A DNA stretch of 32,000 nucleotides from Cuniculiplasma divulgatum (GCF_900083515.1 NZ_LT671858.1:1380001-1412000), one strand, 5' to 3'; shown: positions 16,881-25,933, numbered from the stretch's first letter. Program-made: numbers and translations. The notes: generated by a model from the letters alone, not told the origin.

Positions 16881-17297
16881 ATGGGCAAAAAACTTACGGT
16901 CATACAAAACGAAAGGAAAAGGCCTAAACAATCAGAAAACATACTTTACATTCCCGTTTCCTTTGATGAACATGCACTCAGGGTATATCTGAGAATGAGG
17001 TTGAGACGCATCATAAAGTCAGAATTTTCGAAACTATCCAGTAGCGGCAAATTCTACCTTGTTGGTGAAATAGATTTTGAGCTTGTTAAGAATTTTCGGG
17101 ATAAATCCATAATATCAATGCTAAAAGGTTCTACTATTCTGGTTAGGGAAGATACCATTAAATTATCAAGGGTTGATATAAGGGAAATTCTGGTCCATGA
17201 ACTTGCCCATATATTTTCCAGCCACCACGATGAGAAATTTTTGATGGCTATGCGCTATATAGGTGGTAAGCAGAGAAGATTGCCAATTCAGCTTTAA
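16881..17297 (+). CDS. Short HExxH metallo-hydrolase-like protein (DUF45/YgjP/SprT-like C-terminal core)
   Basis: ILVHELAHIFSSHHDEKF has the HExxH plus downstream His expected of this fold. The gene lies immediately after hsdR. At about 138 aa it is shorter than typical DUF45 proteins. Confidence 0.5.
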   Translation: MGKKLTVIQNERKRPKQSENILYIPVSFDEHALRVYLRMRLRRIIKSEFSKLSSSGKFYLVGEIDFELVKNFRDKSIISMLKGSTILVREDTIKLSRVDIREILVHELAHIFSSHHDEKFLMAMRYIGGKQRRLPIQL

Positions 17298-17562
17298 TCC
17301 TTTGAAACATTAATATAACCTCACAATTTACGATCTCATAGCAGAAAGCACACAGTCTTTATCCGTGAGAGTGTGTGAGATAAATAGTGAAACACCCATA
17401 GAAACCCATTTACCTGAAAAGGAACTTGTTATGAAAAGTAGTGTGATAGTCATACGTATTTATGTCAAAAACATAGCATGAAAATAGAGCAAACAAAGGC
17501 AAAAACATAGATGAATGGGATAAGTGGTATAAATTCTACCCTTAGGATGGTTTTTCGTGTCA

Positions 17563-18876
17563 TTATAATTGTGAGGGGAGCTTTACTATAGCCTTGCTTC
17601 CTGGAAAGTCCCTCACGTATTCCCATCCCCGTTCAATGTATGTTTCCACGTCCTTGAAGGGTATCACTTTTTGTGAATTGCCGTTGTTCAGGATGTCTGC
17701 CTTCTTGGTTTTGAATATTTCCCCAAGCCTTTTCTGATATTCGGCAGAGTCAAGATTCCGCAGCTCCTCTTTCTGGTCTTCATCCAGAGTAATGCCTAAT
17801 GCACCGCTAAGCGTATCTATTGCAGCATCCCTTAGTATTTTCTGATAGTCTTCTTCTTTTATGCCCTTCTCCTCGGTCTCAAAGAACTTGGAGCACTTCA
17901 GGTATGCGGATCTCATTTCTTCAATCATATCCGGCGGAAGCCTCTTATTGGTAGAATAACGGGCCTCAATATCACCGGTATGACCCATTAGAAACATTCT
18001 CCATGGATGGGAAATAATTCCCTTATTTTCAGCATTATCGAGAGCGGTGGCAAAATAAGCCCTCAAAACGTAAGGTCTCCACGAAAAACCGGATTCAGTG
18101 ATAGCTTTTCTGATATCCCTTGTTGCGAGTAGCGTTCTTATGTATTCATGGCTAATACGTCCCTGTGAGTCTAATTTGAATAGAGGAGTGTCTGCTTTCA
18201 GGTCATCTCCTTCCCTTATCCTTACTTCAAGGTATTCTTTCAGGTATTTCGTTCCTTCTTCCCCCAGAAATGAAAAATAGGTATGCCTTGCTTTGCTCAG
18301 TGTGTACCTCACATTAACCATAGTGGGGATTTTTTCAAATTCCACTTTACCATTTTCTATCTTCATTTCCGGAAAGTCTGATAGTTTCAAACCATCTTTG
18401 CCTTCTGCATTTCCAAGGGTTTCGGGCCTCAAACCACTGAATGCTAACAATGAAATTGCCACTTTTGCCCTTCCTGAACCTTTCCTCAGCATTCTTGCAA
18501 GTTCGGACTTTTCCGGTATCCTCTCCCCTTCCACTCTCGGAGATCTGTTCTCATAGGCAATGTTGACATTAAGCTTGAAGTCCAGTCCATTGAATCCTAA
18601 CCAAGAACGTAAAACCTTTTTGTATCGGGAAATATATGAACCTGCCTTTCCTTCACTTTCCATTTTCCTGACAAAATCCATAAAGTCATTTCTTAATTTT
18701 CCGGACTTCGCATCCTGAATAATAGTATCTGGAGTAGCCCCTGTAAGCTCACAATAATAGCCAAGCCCTCTGAGGTAAACAGTTGCCGTAAGATATGATT
18801 TAGCATTGAGGTTCCCAAACCACCGGCTTATTTCCTCATTCTCTAACAAATGCTTGTATTTCGCTACGAAAGTCAT
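17563..18876 (-). CDS. Tyrosine recombinase / integrase (intact)
   Basis: 437 aa. Box I-like AFSGLRPETLG and box II-like HPWRMFLMGHTGDIEARY (H-x-x-R ... H ... Y). It lies 49 nt from the tRNA 3' end, with a TATA-like TTATATAT upstream. Confidence 0.85.
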   Translation of the reverse strand: MTFVAKYKHLLENEEISRWFGNLNAKSYLTATVYLRGLGYYCELTGATPDTIIQDAKSGKLRNDFMDFVRKMESEGKAGSYISRYKKVLRSWLGFNGLDFKLNVNIAYENRSPRVEGERIPEKSELARMLRKGSGRAKVAISLLAFSGLRPETLGNAEGKDGLKLSDFPEMKIENGKVEFEKIPTMVNVRYTLSKARHTYFSFLGEEGTKYLKEYLEVRIREGDDLKADTPLFKLDSQGRISHEYIRTLLATRDIRKAITESGFSWRPYVLRAYFATALDNAENKGIISHPWRMFLMGHTGDIEARYSTNKRLPPDMIEEMRSAYLKCSKFFETEEKGIKEEDYQKILRDAAIDTLSGALGITLDEDQKEELRNLDSAEYQKRLGEIFKTKKADILNNGNSQKVIPFKDVETYIERGWEYVRDFPGSKAIVKLPSQL

Positions 18877-18924
18877 AAACGAATATACACTAGAAATATA
18901 TAAGGTATTCGATTATGAACATCT

Positions 18925-18937
18925 ATGGGTCTGCCCG
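18925..18937. repeat. attR-type direct repeat within the 3' end of tRNA-Pro
   Basis: ATGGGTCTGCCCG, identical to 6293-6305. Confidence 0.6.
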
Positions 18938-18998
18938 GATTTGAACCGGGGTTTCCAACTCCCGAAGCTGGAAGGATACCAGGCTACCCCACAAACCC
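18926..18998 (-). tRNA. tRNA-Pro (anticodon CGG), no encoded CCA
   Basis: The reverse complement is GGGTTTGTGGGGTAGCCTGGTATCCTTCCAGCTTCGGGAGTTGGAAACCCCGGTTCAAATCCGGGCAGACCCA. Acceptor stem is GGGTTTG/CAGACCC, anticodon stem CCAGC/GTTGG with loop TTCGGGA, and T-arm CCCGG-TTCAAAT-CCGGG. Confidence 0.9.
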
Positions 18999-19044
18999 TT
19001 CGTAATTTTTCATATATTTCAATGTTCTATTTAATTTGATCTTA

Positions 19045-20178
19045 TTATGTAACGGGAACACCTTGCGCTGCCCCTTTAATTATTCTTTTGTTGCTAACTT
19101 GAAAATCTATTTCAATTAATAGTACAAGTACCAATAGTAAAGGCAGACCTGTGTTTGGATCTGTGGCAGGGAGTATGTATATACCCATATCCTGAAATAA
19201 GAGCCATGTAAGTCCTACAAAAACAGTTACGAGTATCAGTCCAGTTCTAATATGTAACAAAATGAATAGACCTGAAGCAATCATAAGGAGAAACATGAAT
19301 ATGTTGAGGTAGTTTTCCCTGAATAGCAGATATACATAAGTGTGATTCAATATGGCATAAACAATGGGGTTTTCGCCCTGCTGATTAATGTTCATGTAGA
19401 TATCGTATGCAAGCTGACCCTTAGTCCAGAATGTGTTACCAGGGATTAGCTGCAGTATTCCTCCTATAAGAAAGATTGCTGATACTGTATATATAAAATA
19501 TTTTTGAAGATTCTTAATGTTGCCAAGTTTAGGTAATATATATGGTACTGCTAGAATGATATAAATGAGAGCTGATCCAGGAAAACCTGTTAAAAGAGAT
19601 ACTCCACTTTCAGGTATTCCCCCAAGACCCTCACCAAATATCCAAATAACTAAGGCCCAAATGATTGAAATGAAACTGATATATTTCAGTGCTTTGGTAC
19701 TCCTATTCAATAAATAAGCTACTCCAATAAATATCTGTAAGGATCCACTCAAAGCATCAAACTGAAATGGATGAAGTAGCCAGATGTTATACCCTATCAT
19801 CAGGAATTTTTCAACCCCTACGTTGTTGATTGCCTGAATTGATGGCTCTATAACCACCGAAAGGAAACCGTATGGCATCTCTGGTTGAAACTGAAGAATG
19901 CCATCAACTATCCACAGGATTCCCAGAACCAGTCTGATTGTGTTTGGAATTTTGCTTCTTTCCTCTTTTCTGAACATTATGGTTATTATTATTGCAGCTA
20001 AAATTCCTAGTGTAGAATAAATCAATGAATATATGTAGAATTTACTTATTTCATTTTCTGGAATGTAATAAAATCTAAGATCGAAAAAGAAGATTGTAAC
20101 AACTGGTATTATGAAAGCGAGAAAAAGGAATAACACCAATAGTCCGTTTATACTTTTACCGAACTTACTCCCATTCAT
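19045..20178 (-). CDS. Polytopic membrane protein, unknown function
   Basis: 377-aa ORF that is hydrophobic throughout (roughly ten or more predicted TM segments). No motif recognised. Confidence 0.5.
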   Translation of the reverse strand: MNGSKFGKSINGLLVLFLFLAFIIPVVTIFFFDLRFYYIPENEISKFYIYSLIYSTLGILAAIIITIMFRKEERSKIPNTIRLVLGILWIVDGILQFQPEMPYGFLSVVIEPSIQAINNVGVEKFLMIGYNIWLLHPFQFDALSGSLQIFIGVAYLLNRSTKALKYISFISIIWALVIWIFGEGLGGIPESGVSLLTGFPGSALIYIILAVPYILPKLGNIKNLQKYFIYTVSAIFLIGGILQLIPGNTFWTKGQLAYDIYMNINQQGENPIVYAILNHTYVYLLFRENYLNIFMFLLMIASGLFILLHIRTGLILVTVFVGLTWLLFQDMGIYILPATDPNTGLPLLLVLVLLIEIDFQVSNKRIIKGAAQGVPVT

Positions 20179-20288
20179 GTTTCCTAATAGAACACGTATT
20201 TATTATATAGTTACATTATATATCAGGTTGAGACCATATTGAATAATGAGCAATAATGATCTAATGTTGAATTAAAGGATGTGATTTA

Positions 20289-20678
20289 ATGGGATGGCAG
20301 GAAGCAGAAGTAAGAGAGTTGAAAGTAGGTAGGTACATGATGGTTGATGAAACCCCATGTAAAATAATGGAAATTAATCTTTCAAAACCGGGAAAACATG
20401 GAGAAGCAAAGGCAAGAATAGTTGCCATTGGAATATTTGATAACCAGAAAAAAAGCGTTGTCTTTCCAGTGAAGCACAAGGTAAAGGTACCAATCATTGA
20501 AAAGAAGAACGCACAGGTTTTAAGTGTGGCAAATAATGAGGCCCAGCTAATGGATAGTGAAACATACGAAACGTTTGTTCTTCCACTGGAACCGGATCAG
20601 ATTGATAAAGTGAAGCCTGGAACTGAGGTATCATATTGGGAAGCAATGGGAACCAGAAGGATCATGCTGCAGAACTAA
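20289..20678 (+). CDS. eif5a: Translation initiation factor 5A (aIF5A)
   Basis: Hypusine loop [11 protein letters not shown], an N-terminal SH3-like region and a C-terminal OB-fold region; 129 aa. Confidence 0.9.
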   Translation: MGWQEAEVRELKVGRYMMVDETPCKIMEINLSKPGKHGEAKARIVAIGIFDNQKKSVVFPVKHKVKVPIIEKKNAQVLSVANNEAQLMDSETYETFVLPLEPDQIDKVKPGTEVSYWEAMGTRRIMLQN

Positions 20679-21544
20679 GGGCGCTGGCATCACTTAAAAG
20701 AATTGCTGATGCTACATTTGACTATGAAGATGCCCACTATGTAATTTTTGGTGTTCCCTTCGATTATACCTCATCTTTCAGGAGGGGTTCGTCAAGGGGA
20801 CCCACTGAAGTTAGAAGGGCTTATGATAACCTTGAGTCCTTTGACGTTAATTATGAGGTAGATTTTTCTGAACTCCCCATCTGTGATATAGGTGATATTC
20901 AGGTTAACGAAGATGCATCAGAAACTGTTGATCTTGTGGAAGAGGTAACTTCAATAATAACAAAAGACGGAAAGATTCCTGTTATGATAGGAGGCGAGCA
21001 TTCCATCACTGGAGGATCTATAAGAAATTTCAAAGATGCGAGCATGGTAATAATTGATGCCCATTCAGACTTCAGGGATTCTTATATGGGAAATAAACAC
21101 AATCATGCCTGTGTTACACATAGAGCGCTGGATGTTCTTGGAGAGGGCAGAATATTTTCTTTTGGAACAAGATCTACCTCAAGGGAAGAATTTGAGGACC
21201 CAGATTATCATAAAGTTAGATTCGTATCAGCAGACGAGATTAGAAAGGAAGGAATTGATAGATCTCTTTCAAAAATTGAGGGGAAACTCAGGGATCAAGT
21301 CTACTTTTCAATTGACATGGACGGAATCGATCCGTCCTTTGCACCAGGTGTGGGAACTCCAGAACCCTTTGGCTTAAATGATGTTGACGTAAGATATCTA
21401 ATAAGAAAACTTGCCAGAAAAATATACGGATTCGATGTTCTTGAATTTACACCTGATTTTGATAATGGAAATACATCAATGCTGGCAGCCAAATTAATTC
21501 AAGATTTTATAGGAAGTAGAGAGACAAAGAAACAGTTCTTTTAG
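20636..21544 (+). CDS. speB: Agmatinase (ureohydrolase family)
   Basis: GVPFD, GGEHSIT, DAHSDFR and [22 protein letters not shown] are the Mn-binding motifs. The only in-frame start is TTG 20636, which overlaps aIF5A by 43 nt. Confidence 0.85.
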   Translation: MGSNGNQKDHAAELRALASLKRIADATFDYEDAHYVIFGVPFDYTSSFRRGSSRGPTEVRRAYDNLESFDVNYEVDFSELPICDIGDIQVNEDASETVDLVEEVTSIITKDGKIPVMIGGEHSITGGSIRNFKDASMVIIDAHSDFRDSYMGNKHNHACVTHRALDVLGEGRIFSFGTRSTSREEFEDPDYHKVRFVSADEIRKEGIDRSLSKIEGKLRDQVYFSIDMDGIDPSFAPGVGTPEPFGLNDVDVRYLIRKLARKIYGFDVLEFTPDFDNGNTSMLAAKLIQDFIGSRETKKQFF

Positions 21545-21618
21545 AAATTTCCAAACTTATAATTTATAAGAATTTAGGATGCTAAAGAAAAGTGGTTATA
21601 AAATTTATTTTAAGAGCA

Positions 21619-21945
21619 TTATAGTGGATTTAGATTTTGCCTCTGGAAATATTTTTTCACGTGGGGTCTGGTGAAATAATACAGGAAAATAATGCCCATA
21701 ATTGTTCCAATTGGAATAGCTATTAGCATTAGGACAGAAAAGATCATTATGAGAATTCTTGCCCATTCCTTTCCAGAAAACAATGAAATTGATGCAATTA
21801 GGAAAAGTACACCAACTATTATTATAAGCACTCCAATAATAGGAAAACCAACAGTAAATATTGATCCTATTAAAAGTTCAGGTAAGGAACCCAGTATACC
21901 AAGAATTGCAAGAATGGTTATTCCTGTTGGTCTGTTATCAATCAT
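21619..21945 (-). CDS. Small membrane protein (3 TM); likely the C-terminal part of a split double-zinc-ribbon membrane protein
   Basis: 108-aa hydrophobic ORF. The in-frame upstream sequence (21946-22059) encodes a CxxC..CxxC ribbon with no start codon. Confidence 0.5.
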   Translation of the reverse strand: MIDNRPTGITILAILGILGSLPELLIGSIFTVGFPIIGVLIIIVGVLFLIASISLFSGKEWARILIMIFSVLMLIAIPIGTIMGIIFLYYFTRPHVKKYFQRQNLNPL

Positions 21946-22059
21946 TGGTGTTGAGGAGAATTTGGAACTTCCGCAATTTGAGCAGACTGTGCTAGAAAAC
22001 GTGTTTGCGGTTCCACAGTTCTGACAATATTTTATTTTTTCATTGAAAGAACTACCAGT

Positions 22060-22176
22060 TTACTGATTCAGGTCTACACCAGACGATGATGGAGCAGCAT
22101 CAAATTGATATCCACATTGTGTACAGATCTTCGCATTATCATCCATTACTGAACTGCAGTTAGGGCATACTTTCAT
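22060..22176 (-). CDS. Zinc-ribbon peptide (38 aa), same frame as 21619-21945 and separated from it by a TAA
   Basis: MKVCPNCSSVMDDNAKICTQCGYQFDAAPSSSGVDLNQ-stop (hand translation). Confidence 0.45.
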   Translation of the reverse strand: MKVCPNCSSVMDDNAKICTQCGYQFDAAPSSSGVDLNQ

Positions 22177-22253
22177 GAAAGTCACATACAGACTGAATTA
22201 ATAAAACTTTTCTTTCTGGAATATATAATTCTGTATATTTGGAATTTAGAAAA

Positions 22254-22784
22254 TTAAATACCGATTTTTCCTGCTATATCCTTTCCCTTGGTTATTTCTA
22301 TCCTACATGGGGTTGGAAGTTTTATTGATGCCTTGTGAAGAGCTTCCTTCATCTGTTTTGCACCCTCTGGAGTTACCCTTGCAACCATTATTATATCATT
22401 TGCATGAACTCTCGCAGCAGTACCAACAGGCTTTCCAAAAGCATTCCTCATTCCACTTGAAATCCTATCAGCTCCAGCTCCAGTAGCCATTTTATGCTCT
22501 CTTATAACGTGATGAGGATACGGCCTGATCTGGAAGAAATAGTTATCCAGTCCCAGAGACTCACTAACTTTTCTGTTTATTGATATTCTGGCTGCTTCAA
22601 GAGCGCTGTGCCTTATCTGGCAGCTCTCCTCTGCTATCATTCTAAATTCGATTGGGAAATCCCTTTTTTGATTCCCATGAGTGAATGTTGTTATTTTTGG
22701 GTAAGGTACTCCTCCCATAAAGTCTCTTCTTGTATAGGCAGGACCTGATATTTTTGTATACATTCTTGCTGGCTTTGTTACCAT
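22254..22784 (-). CDS. rpl10e: 50S ribosomal protein L10e (uL16)
   Basis: MVTKPARMYTKISGPAYTRRDF...RPYPHHVIREHKMATGAGADR. The ORF-track start of 22847 gives an implausible extension; ATG 22784 is preferred. Confidence 0.9.
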   Translation of the reverse strand: MVTKPARMYTKISGPAYTRRDFMGGVPYPKITTFTHGNQKRDFPIEFRMIAEESCQIRHSALEAARISINRKVSESLGLDNYFFQIRPYPHHVIREHKMATGAGADRISSGMRNAFGKPVGTAARVHANDIIMVARVTPEGAKQMKEALHKASIKLPTPCRIEITKGKDIAGKIGI

Positions 22785-22924
22785 TATAATCAATCTGTAA
22801 ATACTAAGATGTATAAAAATTGATTGAATCCTTCTCTGTTTTTTCATTGCGAACAGTATTGTAAGGTGTGACTTTTACGATTTTCTGGAAAATGGCTATT
22901 AATTAATAAGATATTCCGGAATGA

Positions 22925-24046
22925 ATGCACCGTACCTCTTTCAACATAGAAACACCATATATATTTTCTATTTCAACAATACTTTTCTCTATGGCGTGGT
23001 TCTGGTTGAGTTTTACTTTTCCTTTGAGATTGGTATCCCTGCATTATAATTATTTTCAAATAGGGGCAATTGGGACTTCCTCATCACTTCCCTTCATTTT
23101 AATTTCATATCTTTACAGAAAATCCAGGAGGAGACATCTTAACCTGGCCCTTAAGATACCCTATGTTGTTATTATAGTGGCTTCCATTATGTTATTAACA
23201 CATGTAAATTCTACATACTCATATATTCTTATAATTATATTTACTGGATTCTTTCAAAGCATGTGGTGGATTTCTGCAGAAATAGAAACAGGTTTGCTGG
23301 ACCGGGACGGGATGGCTGAGAGATATTCGGCCGCATGGTCTATTCCAACAGGTGTATTTCCCCTTTTCTCTGGAATTATGCTGCAGTATATCGGTTATTA
23401 TTCAGTGTATCTACTTGTTCTAGCTGTATCTATTACAGGTCTTATTTTACAGCCAACTGACAGAAAGGAACGAATAAAGCGTAAAGTAAAAATGAAACTC
23501 AATTACAGGATGGTTCTTCCTATGTCCTTTTCAGGGATAGGGATGGGTTTTGTAACATTTGTTATTGTACCAATAATAAGAACCGGAAACTATTCCTATT
23601 TACTGATAGGTATACTTCTGACAATATACTGGGTGATGTTTGCAGTTGGGTCTATTGTCGCAAACTTTTCCAGTGTTTCAAAGCAGAGAAATTTTACCAT
23701 AATTTCTAGCCTACTTTCGGCTTTCCCCTTAATTTTAATATTTGGGTTCACCGTTCCATTGCTAATTGCTGCCCTGGCAGTCTCAGGATTCGGAAGCAGC
23801 GTGGGTTTCTCAAAAATACTCAGTTATATAAACAAAACAGAAAGCCCGAGAAATGGGGTTTTCTATTATGAAAGTTTCTTTTCCTTTGGTTTTATTACAG
23901 GAACATTTCTTGGTGGATTTCTTGCCTATTTTGCCAGCTTAAAAGTATCCCTCATTGTGTTCATTCCTGCAATAGTATTTGCTATTCTGATGGTTATAAC
24001 CCATGATTCAGATCCTGTAATTCCTGTTTCTTCCAACCTTGAATGA
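22925..24046 (+). CDS. MFS-like transporter (putative)
   Basis: 373 aa with roughly 10-12 hydrophobic segments and a basic loop, YRKSRRRH, after TM2 as in MFS proteins. The family assignment is tentative. Confidence 0.45.
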   Translation: MHRTSFNIETPYIFSISTILFSMAWFWLSFTFPLRLVSLHYNYFQIGAIGTSSSLPFILISYLYRKSRRRHLNLALKIPYVVIIVASIMLLTHVNSTYSYILIIIFTGFFQSMWWISAEIETGLLDRDGMAERYSAAWSIPTGVFPLFSGIMLQYIGYYSVYLLVLAVSITGLILQPTDRKERIKRKVKMKLNYRMVLPMSFSGIGMGFVTFVIVPIIRTGNYSYLLIGILLTIYWVMFAVGSIVANFSSVSKQRNFTIISSLLSAFPLILIFGFTVPLLIAALAVSGFGSSVGFSKILSYINKTESPRNGVFYYESFFSFGFITGTFLGGFLAYFASLKVSLIVFIPAIVFAILMVITHDSDPVIPVSSNLE

Positions 24047-25135
24047 CTGGAATTCAGTTTCTTTTCCTGTCCATATGCTCTTGCATTTCTTACATTCCAG
24101 ATCTCCAGTATCTTTGATATAGAATTCTACTGAATCGCAGTGTGGACAAACACCTCTAATGAAAAGCTTATCCTTCAGTTCTCTTGAATCCGTGAGTCTG
24201 TTTCTTGCATCATTTGACCCATGCTGAGATGGAGATTGGAAACCGGATCTTGCGTCTTTGCCGGTCTCACCAGTGCTATCCATTCTGTCGGATCTTGTTG
24301 AAGAAGGTGCTTTAGAGTTGAAGAAGAGACTGGATATGAATCCAAGAAATGCGAATACAAGTATTAAGACTGGATAAATTATACCGGTTACAGGTTTTAC
24401 AACGAGTTCAATGGCATTTGAACCAAAAGTCAGAGTCAATAGCGTGAATGTAATTATAAGACCATATCTTTTGACGAATATGAAAAGTATCACGAATATT
24501 AAAAAGAAAAAGATGATGTCATAACCTGTAAACCCATAGAAAATATAAAAGAACACAGAAGAAAGTGCTGCTGGTATAAGAGTGTAAAAATAATTATAAA
24601 CATTTTTTTCTATGCTTCCAGATAAGAGTGCCGTGGCGACTGGTTTATCTGTATCCTTATGGATCAGAGGTATCATTATTATGGATAGAACACCTATTAC
24701 CAAAGAAAACATTATTACAGTTTGTTCATAATATGCCGCAAGACCAAAAATTCCAATTAATTTGTCCAGACCCGGCACTGATGGTGTCACTGATGAAAGA
24801 AGTGAAAGTAATAGGAAGAGAAAAAGAAATCCCTGGGCAATGGGTACCTTTGAAAAATTTCCAACCTTTGATGGCTCTGGATCACTCTTTTTCAGGAAAT
24901 AAACAGTGCTAAAAACAGCAATTACCATAAAAAATACCGTGCTTATCAGGAAGGTTACTCTTGCGTTATAGATAAGGAAGAAAAGTGAGTTGACCGCATA
25001 GGATGAAAAATGAGGTTCCCTCTTAATAATATAATCAATGTAAATATAGAAAGTTGTAAGAATTGTTAAAAAGGCAATTAGGGAAGCCAGAAGAATTTCA
25101 GTAATATTTATTTCCTTCTTGATTTCCATTTTCAA
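24008..25135 (-). CDS. Polytopic membrane protein with C-terminal zinc-ribbon (CPHC...CKKC)
   Basis: 375 aa. The N-terminal ~270 aa are hydrophobic, followed by a Ser/Arg/Asp-rich linker and then GVCPHCDSVEFYIKDTGDLECKKCKSIW. Its 3' end overlaps the convergent gene by 39 nt. Confidence 0.5.
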   Translation of the reverse strand: MKMEIKKEINITEILLASLIAFLTILTTFYIYIDYIIKREPHFSSYAVNSLFFLIYNARVTFLISTVFFMVIAVFSTVYFLKKSDPEPSKVGNFSKVPIAQGFLFLFLLLSLLSSVTPSVPGLDKLIGIFGLAAYYEQTVIMFSLVIGVLSIIMIPLIHKDTDKPVATALLSGSIEKNVYNYFYTLIPAALSSVFFYIFYGFTGYDIIFFFLIFVILFIFVKRYGLIITFTLLTLTFGSNAIELVVKPVTGIIYPVLILVFAFLGFISSLFFNSKAPSSTRSDRMDSTGETGKDARSGFQSPSQHGSNDARNRLTDSRELKDKLFIRGVCPHCDSVEFYIKDTGDLECKKCKSIWTGKETEFQSFKVGRNRNYRI

Positions 25136-25195
25136 GAATTACGCTTTTGATAATAAATATATCCGCAGAAGATATACAAAAACTAATGGAAGATA

Positions 25196-25933
25196 CTATT
25201 GTAGGGACAGATTAACTCTCGTTCCTACTTTTCCCTTTATCAGATTTGTTTTGAGTTTAATTTGCCCCACTTCACTGGAATTTTTAACCAGTGTTCCCAT
25301 TTCCATCTGATCTGGTAGCCCCATTATTTTAACTACCCTTACTTCTGGTATATCTGGAACCTTTCCCTTAATTGAAGCCATAAGAGTTTCATTTTTCATG
25401 AACTCTTCCTTTGATATGGTACTATAGGTTGGTTCAATCCCGCTTTTTAAAATCTCATTTGTCTCTGTTTCAAGCTCCTTTACAATTTCCTCGGAAATCT
25501 CTGGAATCTCCAGATCTATCCATGCCCAATCCTCATAGGTTTGATTTAACCTGTGTGGTGCAGAGTATTTTTTGTAAGCAAGTCCAGCAAGAACCCTCAG
25601 AGCGGTTCGAAATTTCATGTGATTATATCTTATTGGCCAGTCTACAATCTGCTTGATCGTTTTGCCTTTGCTGTCGCTGGGGTATGTGTCATGTGAAATA
25701 AGATGTACTCCATCTCCATCGTCCCATACATCTATAATTTCAAATTCCTTTCCGTCAATAACTATCTTTCCCTTGTCATTTGGCTGTCCATATGAGGTTG
25801 GGAATAGTATGCTATCATCAACAATTATATCAGTGAATTCGTTGAACACAACCTTTCCCTCACCCTCAACTCTGTATGCATCATCAAGATATCTGTGTAC
25901 AGTTGGCATGTTAATGGAGATTGCATATTGCAT
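25196..25933 (-). CDS. AlaX-like (alanyl-tRNA synthetase editing-domain family) protein with degenerate metal-binding motifs
   Basis: N-terminal LFPTSYGQPNDKG (family pattern: FYPxGGGQxxDxG), DWPIRYNHMKFRTALRVL (family: DWxRRxxxMRxHTAxH) and EMGTLV (family: CGGTHV). Confidence 0.6.
   Translation of the reverse strand: MQYAISINMPTVHRYLDDAYRVEGEGKVVFNEFTDIIVDDSILFPTSYGQPNDKGKIVIDGKEFEIIDVWDDGDGVHLISHDTYPSDSKGKTIKQIVDWPIRYNHMKFRTALRVLAGLAYKKYSAPHRLNQTYEDWAWIDLEIPEISEEIVKELETETNEILKSGIEPTYSTISKEEFMKNETLMASIKGKVPDIPEVRVVKIMGLPDQMEMGTLVKNSSEVGQIKLKTNLIKGKVGTRVNLSLQ

Larger units (their letters stand above)
6293..18937. mobile_element. Integrated plasmid/provirus-like element (~12.6 kb) in tRNA-Pro(CGG)
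   Basis: Bounded by the 13-bp direct repeat. An intact tyrosine integrase sits next to the tRNA. The cargo is RHH regulators, a prim-pol plus NTPase replication module and a type I R-M system. Confidence 0.7.

Noticed and set aside
21692-22024. 110-aa plus-strand ORF
   Set aside because: It is antisense to the membrane protein/zinc-ribbon gene, whose CxxC motifs and TM segments give much better coding evidence.
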